Part shown: piece by piece, positions 27,003 through 35,769 of the stretch | Layout of the letters: the number at the start of each line of letters is the position of its first letter | Position numbering within the stretch: position 1 is the first letter of the stretch | Assembly: GCA_021772435.1 (NCBI GenBank) | Contig: JAJFLZ010000025.1 | Coordinates: forward strand, 55,502 to 119,501 | Reading direction: 5' to 3' | Source: Chlamydiota bacterium | Lineage (GTDB): Bacteria; Chlamydiota; Chlamydiia; Chlamydiales; JACKPQ01 | Length of the DNA stretch: 64,000 bases | Notes under the pieces: model-generated | Seen by the model: the letters and a program-made list of their open reading frames with translations, nothing else | What the model was told of the DNA's origin: nothing | Database searches by the model: none | Translations under genes and position numbers: made by a program

Positions 27003-27491
27003 TTATGTAGCTAGGTATTTTTTGAAATACAGAAGGCTAAAAGAGGTTTGCTTTGGAGCGTTTTGCGGATCGCGTAGTTTGGCATAGGCGAGAGCAACAC
27101 CTGGACTGCGCACCTGGCCCTGATAACAGTGGATCAAGACCGTCCAGTTTTTCTCCAGGGCTAGATCTAGAAGTTGAACAATTTCCTTGGCGTTGTGCTT
27201 GTAGCTTTCTGGCAAATCCATGCTTAAAAGGGCGATTTTGTGATGGATAAGGGAGGGGAGGCGTTCCACTTCTACTAGGCTGATCACGACATCGAACTGA
27301 TTTTCTAGCGCAGAACTGTAATCATCAATTCCGCCGGTATAAATTGTTTTGTATATGCAAGTCGTTGTTATGCGAGAGAAGATACTGTATACTAAGAATA
27401 TGGCGCAATTAGTTCTTTTGAGGCATGGCCAGTCGGTCTGGAATGCAAAAAATTTATTCACAGGATGGGTTGATGTCCCTTTGACCCCCAA
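27003..27491 (-). CDS. Dual-specificity (Cys-based) protein phosphatase, eukaryote-like; start uncertain
   Basis: The signature is VLIHCYQGQVRSPGVALAY (HCx5R-S). The only canonical in-frame starts (TTG 27491, GTG 27461) lie inside the divergent gpmA coding region. Confidence 0.7.
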   Translation of the reverse strand: MGVKGTSTHPVNKFFAFQTDWPCLKRTNCAIFLVYSIFSRITTTCIYKTIYTGGIDDYSSALENQFDVVISLVEVERLPSLIHHKIALLSMDLPESYKHNAKEIVQLLDLALEKNWTVLIHCYQGQVRSPGVALAYAKLRDPQNAPKQTSFSLLYFKKYLAT

Positions 27492-28062
27492 GGGGATCGA
27501 AGAGGCACTCGATGCCGGTCAAAAGATAAAAGACATTCCCTTCGATGTGATCTTTGTATCTTCGCTTTGTCGCTCGCAACTCACGGCCATGCTGGCGATG
27601 AGCGTGCATGCGGAAGGGAAAGTACCGTGCGTTTTGCACCCCCGCGAAGGCAAGCAAGAGGAGTGGGGCAAAAGCTATGGCAACCAAGATCTCATTCCTA
27701 CACATGTTGCATCTGAGCTTAATGAGCGCATGTACGGTGAATTGCAGGGCATGAACAAGGACGATGCAAGAGCAAAATTTGGCAAAGAGCAGGTTCACAT
27801 CTGGCGCCGCAGCTATGCAACCCAGCCTCCAGGTGGAGAAAGTCTTAAAGATACAGCTGCTAGAACCTTGCCCTATTTTGAAAACACCATCCTGCCCCAC
27901 CTTAAGCAAGATAAAAACGTCCTCATCTCAGCCCACGGCAATTCTCTGCGCGCGATCATCATGCAACTTGATAGCTTAAGCGAAGATGAAGTGTTAAAAC
28001 TTGAAATTCCAACAGGCGTACCTTTGTTTTATACATACAAAGATCACAAGTTTAGCAAATGA
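27400..28062 (+). CDS. gpmA: 2,3-bisphosphoglycerate-dependent phosphoglycerate mutase
   Basis: MAQLVLLRHGQSVWNAKNLFTGWVDVPL from the ATG at 27400, with RHG and SAHGNSLRA motifs. The track ORF begins at 27349. Confidence 0.93.
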   Translation: MAQLVLLRHGQSVWNAKNLFTGWVDVPLTPKGIEEALDAGQKIKDIPFDVIFVSSLCRSQLTAMLAMSVHAEGKVPCVLHPREGKQEEWGKSYGNQDLIPTHVASELNERMYGELQGMNKDDARAKFGKEQVHIWRRSYATQPPGGESLKDTAARTLPYFENTILPHLKQDKNVLISAHGNSLRAIIMQLDSLSEDEVLKLEIPTGVPLFYTYKDHKFSK

Positions 28063-28988
28063 ATTTCCACTCTCACGTTGGCTCTTTGCCGACAGCAAAT
28101 GTTCCCGATTGTACACAAGCCTTAAAAGATATTTATGCGCTTGTCGGCGCGCATCCTGATGATCAGTTTATCTACGCCCCATCGAGAGCTCATGCCATAT
28201 CACACGTTCTGTATAGTTACTATTTTGATGAAATTACAGAAACGGGACGCAACCATTATCTAACCGTTAGAGGCGAAGATGCCCCTATCGTTCTAACCCT
28301 TGAGCGCCTGGAAAAAGCTGGGTGCTTTGGCAAAAAATGCGCTTTTGATGAAATCGAGCGCTACATCACACCGCGGACGGGCTTAGTCACACTATCCTGG
28401 GCAAATACACTAACAGGCGTTATCCATCCTATCGAAACCATTGCTGCCATCTGCCAAAAAAAAGGTGTCGCCCTGCACGTAGATGCCTCGCCAGTCATTG
28501 GAAAGCTGCATGTCCCATTTCAAGATCTGCCGATTGATTACCTGACAATTCCGCACGGTATTTTTGCGCGCCGTGGTAAAACACTTGGACCGCTTATTTG
28601 TGGTGAGCCGTTAGATCCGCAGGCTATCCTTAGCTTAGGAGAAAAAGCCAAAAACACCATCGCTAATTTAGATGAAGTGGGCTGTGAAGGAGTGCGTTTG
28701 CGTGATCTTTTTGAAAGGCGTCTTTTGGATGCCATCCCTTCTGCCAAAATCTTATTTTCTGGCCATGAGCGCCTTCCAGGTATTAGCGCTGTGGCATTTC
28801 CATCAATCCATGCAGAGCTTTTAGCGTTTCATCTACATCACAAAAACTTAAACGTCACTTTTGGTGGCGGAGCCTATCAAATGCTAGAAAACATCTTAGC
28901 TGGTCACGAGTATGCAGCTAGCACCTTGAGCTTTTCCATCGATCAAGATCCAACGCCGCTTATCGAAGCCTTGCAGGAGATTGTATGA
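28059..28988 (+). CDS. NifS/IscS-like class V aminotransferase-fold protein, apparently catalytically degenerate
   Basis: 309 aa with TGLVTLSWANTLTGVIHPIETIAAICQKKGVALHVDA. The expected S-x-H-K PLP-lysine site reads IPHG. The expected SSGSAC loop reads TFGGGAY. Confidence 0.7.
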   Translation: MNFHSHVGSLPTANVPDCTQALKDIYALVGAHPDDQFIYAPSRAHAISHVLYSYYFDEITETGRNHYLTVRGEDAPIVLTLERLEKAGCFGKKCAFDEIERYITPRTGLVTLSWANTLTGVIHPIETIAAICQKKGVALHVDASPVIGKLHVPFQDLPIDYLTIPHGIFARRGKTLGPLICGEPLDPQAILSLGEKAKNTIANLDEVGCEGVRLRDLFERRLLDAIPSAKILFSGHERLPGISAVAFPSIHAELLAFHLHHKNLNVTFGGGAYQMLENILAGHEYAASTLSFSIDQDPTPLIEALQEIV

Positions 28989-29695
28989 AACCCTACCCCT
29001 GGCAACTTTATTCAAAAAAGCTCACGCAAAAAATCCTAAAACCCACTTGCCAAGGCATGTTAACTGAGCGCGAAGGGATGGTTCTTACTACTGCTCAATC
29101 TGCAAACGTACTGCTTTACTTTTTAGTTGATGAGACAGACGGTGTCATTACAGACAGCAAATTCATAGCCTTTGGTCCATCAGCCTTAATCGGTGCAGCT
29201 CAAGTTGCTTGCGAGCTTTCTTTGCGAAAAAATCATGCACAAGTCAAACGTTTTACAGCAGATCTTTTAGATAGCGAGGTGGGCTTTCCACAGGAGGCGT
29301 ATTCTTATCTCAATCTCATCATCGATCTTACCTTAGAGGCGATGGGACATTGCGAGCATTTGCCCCTTCCAGAAGCCTATATCGAAACGCCCATGCCGCA
29401 TCATGGCCAAGAGTCCTCCGAGTATCCCGGCTTCCAAGAGCTTGCCAAAGAGCAAAAGATAGCTCTTATCGAACAACTCATCGATTCAGATATTCGTCCC
29501 TACATTGAACTCGATGCAGGCGGCATCCGCATCGCCGATCTTAAAGACAACGATATCATCATCGCCTACGAAGGCGCTTGCACATCTTGCTATTCAGCAA
29601 CGGGCGCTACCCTTAACGCGATCCAGCAAATGATCACTACCCGCATCCATCCTGATCTCACCGTCACGCCCGATCCGTCTACCCTCCAATTCTAA
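28985..29695 (+). CDS. NifU-like protein (degenerate IscU-like N-domain plus Nfu-type C-domain with CxxC)
   Basis: 236 aa. The C-terminal region IRPYIELDAGGIRIADLKDNDIIIAYEGACTSCYSATGATL is Nfu-like. The N-domain aligns to IscU but lacks the scaffold cysteines. It has a 4-nt overlap with the upstream gene. Confidence 0.75.
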   Translation: MKPYPWQLYSKKLTQKILKPTCQGMLTEREGMVLTTAQSANVLLYFLVDETDGVITDSKFIAFGPSALIGAAQVACELSLRKNHAQVKRFTADLLDSEVGFPQEAYSYLNLIIDLTLEAMGHCEHLPLPEAYIETPMPHHGQESSEYPGFQELAKEQKIALIEQLIDSDIRPYIELDAGGIRIADLKDNDIIIAYEGACTSCYSATGATLNAIQQMITTRIHPDLTVTPDPSTLQF

Positions 29696-29698
29696 CAA

Positions 29699-29740
29699 AA
29701 GATATGGCCACTTATAGATTTTTATAATTGGCCATATCTT
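29699..29740. promoter_or_regulatory. 12-bp perfect inverted repeat (hairpin or operator) between nifU-like and the AAA+ gene
   Basis: AAGATATGGCCA (29699-29710), an 18-nt AT-rich loop, then TGGCCATATCTT (29729-29740). A third GGCCAgTTATAA half-site lies at about 29759-29771. Confidence 0.5.
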
Positions 29741-29816
29741 CTTGAGTAAAATAGATGCGGCCAGTTATAATAAAATTCAAGTTCCTTAAGCGTCTAAAAA
29801 TCAATAGATAACAAAA

Positions 29817-31283
29817 ATGAAAAAGCAAAAAATTATAGGTCGCGAAAATGAGATTGGAATTTTTCGAGAAATTGAGCGTTCAAAAAAAGCTCATTTTGTT
29901 GCTGTTTATGGACGTAGACGGGTTGGCAAAACTTATCTAATACGACAGTATTTTTCGCATAGCAAAAGTCTTTACCTAGAAGCGACTGGCGTAAAAGATG
30001 CTTCCATAAAAGATCAGCTGAAGAAATTTGGGGAAGCCATCGCTAAGGCATTTTTCGATAATGCGCCCATAGAAACTCCAGCGAGCTGGGATAAAGCTTT
30101 TAAGACGGTAACAGAGCGAATTCAAAAACTTTCTCACAGAAAGAAAATTGTGATGTTTTTGGATGAATTGCCGTGGCTTGCAACCAAAAGATCAAAACTT
30201 GTTCAAGCCCTCGACTATTACTGGAATGCTCATTGGTCGGAGCTTCAAAACTTTACTCTCATTGTGTGTGGTTCTGCTGCATCATGGATGTTGGATAACC
30301 TCATCCACGCAAAAGGCGGATTATACAATCGTATTACAAATAAAATTCATTTAGAACCTTTTGATTTGAAAGACACGGAGACATTTTTAAGAAGCTTGTC
30401 CATTAGACTCAGTCGCAGTCAAATTGTTGAACTCTACATGGTGACAGGCGGTATTCCTTTTTATCTGAAAGAGGTCAGAAAAGGTCGGTCGGCAACTCAA
30501 ATAATCGATGATCTATGCTTTAAAAAATCTGGTCTTTTACATACGGAGTTTAAAAATCTGCTGTATGCTCTTTTCGATCAAGCGGAAGTCCATCACAAAA
30601 TTATTGGGGAGATAGCCAAGGCTGGATCTACTCTTTCTCGAGAGGCATTACTCAAAGCGTTAAAAATCTCATCCGGGGAGTCGATAAACAGACGCCTATA
30701 CGAATTAGAGGCATCAGGCTTTATCCAATGCTATATTCCATACGGAAAAAAACGCAGAGATAGGTACTACCGCATCGTCGATGAATACACGCTCTTTTAT
30801 CTTAAATGGATCGAACCACTTACGCGAAGTGGAGTCTATTCAGGAAAAGAATCCCACTGGCAAAAGGTGGTTAAAAGTCCTGGTAGATACAGCTGGGCAG
30901 GTTATGCTTTTGAAGGCGTTTGCCTAAAACACGTTCATCAAATCGCAGTAGCTTTAGGTTTGTCGCAAATTCCTTTTCTGGTTGGGACGTGGCGTCTGAT
31001 TCCTCGCAAAGGCTCAAAAGAGCAAGGCGCGCAGATCGATCTATTATTTGATCGAGATGATGGAATCATTACCATTTGCGAAATCAAGTACTGTGAGCAA
31101 AAGTTTGTTATCGAAAAAGTCTATGGCAAAAACCTCATACAGAAAATGGAAGTTTTTGAGTCCCGTCTAAAAATATCCAAGCAGCTTGTTTTGGCCATGA
31201 TCACAACTAAAGGTGTGAAGAAAAACTTATGGTCGCAGGAGCTGATAAACGCTGAAGTTACTCTTGATGATCTGTTTCACTAG
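29817..31283 (+). CDS. AAA+ ATPase (archaeal-ATPase type) with a C-terminal DUF234 PD-(D/E)xK nuclease-like domain
   Basis: 488 aa. Walker A is GRRRVGKT and Walker B is VMFLDELPW. The C-terminus GYAFEGV...QIDLLFDRDDGIITICEIKY carries the D...E-x-K pattern. Confidence 0.8.
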   Translation: MKKQKIIGRENEIGIFREIERSKKAHFVAVYGRRRVGKTYLIRQYFSHSKSLYLEATGVKDASIKDQLKKFGEAIAKAFFDNAPIETPASWDKAFKTVTERIQKLSHRKKIVMFLDELPWLATKRSKLVQALDYYWNAHWSELQNFTLIVCGSAASWMLDNLIHAKGGLYNRITNKIHLEPFDLKDTETFLRSLSIRLSRSQIVELYMVTGGIPFYLKEVRKGRSATQIIDDLCFKKSGLLHTEFKNLLYALFDQAEVHHKIIGEIAKAGSTLSREALLKALKISSGESINRRLYELEASGFIQCYIPYGKKRRDRYYRIVDEYTLFYLKWIEPLTRSGVYSGKESHWQKVVKSPGRYSWAGYAFEGVCLKHVHQIAVALGLSQIPFLVGTWRLIPRKGSKEQGAQIDLLFDRDDGIITICEIKYCEQKFVIEKVYGKNLIQKMEVFESRLKISKQLVLAMITTKGVKKNLWSQELINAEVTLDDLFH

Positions 31284-31968
31284 TCTCGTAATCAGTGGTT
31301 TTGATAATGGTGCCGTTTTCGAGTTTGACCTCCAAGCGACCATCTTGGGAGGCTCCTTGCAGGATGCCTTGCTTGGAATCGATGGTGATAGGCTCCCCTT
31401 TTTTGGCTAGGAGTGTGTTGTAGGCTGATTGAAAGGGTGCAAAACCATCTTTGAAAAAGAGCTTGAGGTCCTGCTCAAGCTGTTTGGAGATGTCGCCTCG
31501 CATGGCTGTAATCGAAAATTCTTTGTTTTTTTCGGCGAGTAGGGAAGTAGCTGGTTGGTCGATGGTGTCACAAAGGTCTTTTGGCATGTTGATGTTAAGG
31601 CCAATGCTGAGGATTGCTGTTTGATCTACGACTTCACAAAGAGTGCCGGCGCATTTTTTTGTGTTGAGCAGGATGTCATTAGGCCATTTGATGACAGGGG
31701 AAAATCCTGCGTTTTTTAAAACGTGCGCAGTTGAAAGGGAAATGATCTGACAAAGATTGTGAGCTGGAGTCTTTGGCGGCAGAAAAAAGACAAATGTGGC
31801 ATAAAGGTTTTGATCTCGGGGAGAGACCCACGAGCGGCTCATGCGTCCGCGTCCAGCGGTTTGTTCATTTGCAGTGATGCAAAGGATAGGATTTGGTTTG
31901 AGCTCGCTTAAGTGGTCTTTGGCCCACGAGTGTGATGATGTAACACTTTCAAGTTCGATGTAATCCAT
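31258..31968 (-). CDS. birA: Biotin--[acetyl-CoA-carboxylase] ligase
   Basis: GRGRMSRSWVSP motif. The likely start is MDYIELES at 31968. The track ORF extends to 32094. Confidence 0.85.
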   Translation of the reverse strand: MDYIELESVTSSHSWAKDHLSELKPNPILCITANEQTAGRGRMSRSWVSPRDQNLYATFVFFLPPKTPAHNLCQIISLSTAHVLKNAGFSPVIKWPNDILLNTKKCAGTLCEVVDQTAILSIGLNINMPKDLCDTIDQPATSLLAEKNKEFSITAMRGDISKQLEQDLKLFFKDGFAPFQSAYNTLLAKKGEPITIDSKQGILQGASQDGRLEVKLENGTIIKTTDYETSETDHQE

Positions 31969-32002
31969 GCTTTGGAACCCTTTGGCTCTTCGCCGCATTG
32001 AC

Positions 32003-33085
32003 ATGCGTCCTATTCCCATCATTTTACTGTTGATGGGGATTAGCTTGCTTGTGCTTGTTGCCACATCGGGCGGCGATATTTTGTTTTGCCCCATCGTTAA
32101 AAAACAACTGCAATGGTTTGCTATTGGATGGGTGGCTTATTTTTTCTGTGCAGGCCTAGATTACCATAATTTGCGCAAATGGGCACCTTTTTTGTATGCG
32201 CTTTCTCTGATTCTTTTGATTGGTTTGTTTTTTACTGATCCGATTCATAATGTGCGCAGATGGTACCGCTTACCACTCATTGGGATTGAAATTCAGCCGG
32301 CAGAGGTAGCCAAACTGGCACTTGTTATTGCTCTGAGCAGCTTTATTGAGAAAAAGGGGCGCAGCATACGCCGGTGGCCGGTGCTTTTTCAGGCGTGCTT
32401 ACTTGTTTTTGCGCCGTTTGTACTGATTTTGAAACAGCCGGATTTGGGCTCGGCGCTTATTTTGATGCCGATTACCTTGGTGATGTTTTATTTTGCAGGA
32501 ATCAAAAGACGAGTGATAGCCCTCATGTCAATTGGAGGACTTGCGCTCTTGTTATTTATCAACATGATGTTTTTGGGTTTTATCTCGCACGAGGGAATGA
32601 GGCCCATTGTAACCAAAGTGCTCAAAGAGTATCAATACGAGCGCCTCAACCCCAACACGTATCACCAGCGGGCATCGCAAACAGCGATTAGCCTTGGGGG
32701 TTTGACCGGTAGTGGTTGGAAAAAAAGCGAATTTACCGGTAATGGATTTTTACCCGAAGCAAGAACAGATTCTGTTTTTGCAGCCTACGCTGAAGAATTT
32801 GGCCTGTTTGGCGTTTTTGGTATGCTGCTTGCTTTTTTCGGTTTGATCTATTTTAGTTTTCAGGTTTCTGCTCTTGCCAAAGATCCCTTCGGCCGGCTAT
32901 TATCAGCAGGAATAGCGGTATACTTGGCGATGCACGTTGTGGTCAATATTGGCATGATGTGTGGCTTTTTGCCCATCACGGGTGTGCCGCTCATTTTAGT
33001 GACTTATGGAGGGTCTTCGATTTTGGCGACGATGAGCGCATTGGGTATTTTACAGAGCATTTTTTCAAAAAGGTTTATGTTTTAA
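32003..33085 (+). CDS. rodA: SEDS-family peptidoglycan glycosyltransferase (RodA/FtsW)
   Basis: Polytopic protein with QPAEVAKLALVI, TDSVFAAYAEEFG and PITGVPLILVTYGGSS. The likely start is MRPIPIILLL at 32003. Confidence 0.88.
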   Translation: MRPIPIILLLMGISLLVLVATSGGDILFCPIVKKQLQWFAIGWVAYFFCAGLDYHNLRKWAPFLYALSLILLIGLFFTDPIHNVRRWYRLPLIGIEIQPAEVAKLALVIALSSFIEKKGRSIRRWPVLFQACLLVFAPFVLILKQPDLGSALILMPITLVMFYFAGIKRRVIALMSIGGLALLLFINMMFLGFISHEGMRPIVTKVLKEYQYERLNPNTYHQRASQTAISLGGLTGSGWKKSEFTGNGFLPEARTDSVFAAYAEEFGLFGVFGMLLAFFGLIYFSFQVSALAKDPFGRLLSAGIAVYLAMHVVVNIGMMCGFLPITGVPLILVTYGGSSILATMSALGILQSIFSKRFMF

Positions 33086-33537
33086 TGCTGGGTCATCATT
33101 TTCTTTTCAAGCCTGGTATTTGGCTAGGTGAAGGCACAATCAATCTCAACATGGTCAATGAAGAGCTGGGGTTTGTTACGCGCTGGCACATTGGCTACAT
33201 CGACAACTATGGCACAATCGAGGCTGTGCAAGAAATTGAGATCAAGGGCCTATCGGAAACCATGCATAACGAGTTCTTGTTATCTAACATCGATGGAAAT
33301 AAATTCGAGATTGAGTTAGAAAATCAATCAATGGGCAAAGTGATTGGCAAGGGCCTAGCTACGGATAAAACGCTTGCTTGGGAATTTCGCCTAAATGACT
33401 TAGGGTTTGAAGGCATGGAATTTTACGAGCTGCAGCCGGATGGCGGATATAAAATGCACGCAGAATACTCAACAACGGATGATTTTCGCACCAAAATTCA
33501 GGGGCGCATCTGGCAAAAATTCGAGGAAGAGAAATGA
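33085..33537 (+). CDS. Hypothetical protein
   Basis: The ATG overlaps the rodA stop (TAATG). About 150 aa beginning MLGHHFLFKPGIWLGEG. I recognise no motif. Confidence 0.55.
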   Translation: MLGHHFLFKPGIWLGEGTINLNMVNEELGFVTRWHIGYIDNYGTIEAVQEIEIKGLSETMHNEFLLSNIDGNKFEIELENQSMGKVIGKGLATDKTLAWEFRLNDLGFEGMEFYELQPDGGYKMHAEYSTTDDFRTKIQGRIWQKFEEEK

Positions 33538-33869
33538 AAAAATGGCTTTTGATCTTACCTCTTTTCTGCGCTTGTTATTCCAATCGCCCGCTCATGACAG
33601 CTGATGAATTTGCTAGTATCCCCATTGGGTCAACAACGGCGCAAGTGCGCCAAGAATACGGAGAGCCCTACGCGATCTATTCACGTGGCGGTAACACCGA
33701 CGAGTGGGAATACATCGAGCGCCTCGATGTGGGTGCCTACGTCGTTAACCAGCGCCATTACTTTCTTATCATCACAAACGGTAAAGTTGTTGGTAAGCGC
33801 ACTGACTTGCAACGTCCACCGCCATACTTGCCAACGCAAACTGACGACCCCTTCCCGCATAATAGTTAA
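33534..33869 (+). CDS. Small lipoprotein, BamE/SmpA-OmlA-like
   Basis: 111 aa with signal MKKWLLILPLFCAC. The core IGSTTAQVRQEYGEPYAI resembles the SmpA_OmlA fold signature. This is a tentative call. Confidence 0.5.
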   Translation: MKKWLLILPLFCACYSNRPLMTADEFASIPIGSTTAQVRQEYGEPYAIYSRGGNTDEWEYIERLDVGAYVVNQRHYFLIITNGKVVGKRTDLQRPPPYLPTQTDDPFPHNS

Positions 33870-33953
33870 ACGCAGCAGCTTAGCAAGGAAGTGGTTGAGT
33901 TAATATCACCAAATGCCTAAGCTTAATCTGCATTCTAATCGAAAGGGTAGGGT

Positions 33954-35078
33954 ATGGCTATTGTTCTTCAATTTGATTCAGTAACCATTGTGCATCGAGA
34001 TAACCCAAGCAGGCATGATGATTTAGACCAGTGCATACAAAACAAAGATATTCAAAAACTGCGCTCATGTTTATTAGCAAAGTCTCTAAGTGATGTGCCG
34101 CCGAAATATATCATAAAAATCATTGAAGCTGACTGGCATGAGGGTGTAGATCTTCTCATTGAAAAGTTTCCTGAAATTAGTCGGCGCAAGATGCGTTATT
34201 TCAAAGCTGCGGTTTCAGAATGCGCTTTTAAAGCTGTGCAGTATTTTTCCCCAGAGCAATTTAGCTTAAGTGACGAATATATTGCTGATGCCATTGAAGC
34301 ATTAGATGGTGATGTTAAAAGTGATGCATTTATTCAGATAGTAGAATGGCTTATTGAGCGCGGGCATCCTGTTTCGGGAAGATTGTTTTATAGTTTTGCC
34401 TTCATAGCCTATTCAGATGCAGATGTTTTACTGAAATTGGCGGAATTGCTGATAAAGCATGGTGCCGACCCTAATTATAAGAGTATAGATGAGGATGAGC
34501 GGGACCTATCTGATCCACTGCTATTTTTATTAGATAGCTATTGTTATCGCAAAACGTCAATTATTCCAAAATACCATGGAAAGCAGGCTCCTGTAAATTT
34601 AGGAGCTGTCAAAGCTTTATTGGCAGTTGGAGCAGATGGGACTGCCGTTGACCGTAGGCATAACAACGTTTTACATCATTTCGGGTTTATTGCTGATCAA
34701 GACGAGGCTTCTATGCAAGAGCTGTATCGTCTGTTAATTGAGCATGGAGCTGATCCCACTGCCAAAAACTCTAGCGGATACCCCCCACTCTTATGGGGAG
34801 TTAATCCAGATTGTAGTTTGTCCAAAATCATCATGATTCAAAATGGTGCTGACTTGACTGTAAGAGGCCCAGACAAATCGACATTTGGCCATATGCTTTT
34901 TATCAATCCGCCAAAAGAAGAGCGCGTGAATCGAATTATAGCTTTGCTTAAGGCGTATGGATTTAATTTCGATTTAAAAGATAATGAGGGCGTCTCAGTT
35001 GCTAAGTGCGTTCAAGGGTGGGAGGATATGCATCCTCACCCATCAAAGCGCATAAAACAAGATGGTGCTTTGCGTTGA
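33954..35078 (+). CDS. Ankyrin-repeat protein
   Basis: 374 aa. Repeats end in LLIKHGADPNYKS, LLAVGADGTAVDRRHNNVLHH, LIEHGADPTAKNSSGYPPLLW and IQNGADLTVRG. Confidence 0.85.
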   Translation: MAIVLQFDSVTIVHRDNPSRHDDLDQCIQNKDIQKLRSCLLAKSLSDVPPKYIIKIIEADWHEGVDLLIEKFPEISRRKMRYFKAAVSECAFKAVQYFSPEQFSLSDEYIADAIEALDGDVKSDAFIQIVEWLIERGHPVSGRLFYSFAFIAYSDADVLLKLAELLIKHGADPNYKSIDEDERDLSDPLLFLLDSYCYRKTSIIPKYHGKQAPVNLGAVKALLAVGADGTAVDRRHNNVLHHFGFIADQDEASMQELYRLLIEHGADPTAKNSSGYPPLLWGVNPDCSLSKIIMIQNGADLTVRGPDKSTFGHMLFINPPKEERVNRIIALLKAYGFNFDLKDNEGVSVAKCVQGWEDMHPHPSKRIKQDGALR

Positions 35079-35135
35079 CTGATTGCTTGTTAAGCTTATT
35101 TGCTTTACCATCCCTATTTAATTAAGGAGACAACT

Positions 35136-35726
35136 ATGGAAGCAAGTCAAAAACTATCATTTTTTTCAATTTGGACAAATCCTAGAGGAGCTTTTCGGTT
35201 CTTTTTAGCTCAGCAATCGGTGAAGATAGAACATGTCTTTTTATTGATTGCATCGGTTCCTATGGCTTTATATTGCGCTACGACGCTTCCAATGCGACCT
35301 GCGGTTGCTGTTCCTTTAGCCGTTGTGTGTCAGTATTTGTTTACCTGGATAGCTTCATTTTTTTATGCGTGGTTCTATACCGTTATTGCAAAGTGGTTTA
35401 ATGGCCAGGGTAATGTTAAAAAAAATCGCATGGTATTTCTTCTTACAAATGTTTCTCTTCTTCCTGTGCTTGGTATTGTGATTCTTTTAAGCATTTTATT
35501 AAAACAGCCCAGCTCTATTGCGCTGAATAGTACTGCGGTTATTCTAGGCCTGGTGTATATCGCTGCGGCTGTTCACTTAGTTACACTGCAACTCAGGTAT
35601 GCGTCTGAGGCCAACCAATTCAGTAAGGTTAGAGCTTTTTTTGCCTCTCTATTGGTCTCGCTTATTCCAGCTGCGGTTGTGGTTGGATTGACATATCTTC
35701 TGATCTTTGTAAAGCAAGTTTGGTAA
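35136..35726 (+). CDS. Hypothetical polytopic membrane protein
   Basis: The ATG at 35136 (MEASQKLSFF) opens a protein with about 5 hydrophobic helices. The track ORF starts at 35100. Confidence 0.6.
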   Translation: MEASQKLSFFSIWTNPRGAFRFFLAQQSVKIEHVFLLIASVPMALYCATTLPMRPAVAVPLAVVCQYLFTWIASFFYAWFYTVIAKWFNGQGNVKKNRMVFLLTNVSLLPVLGIVILLSILLKQPSSIALNSTAVILGLVYIAAAVHLVTLQLRYASEANQFSKVRAFFASLLVSLIPAAVVVGLTYLLIFVKQVW

Positions 35727-35769
35727 GTTAATCTTTTAATGCTGAATATATTGACGCTAGGATATTTCG

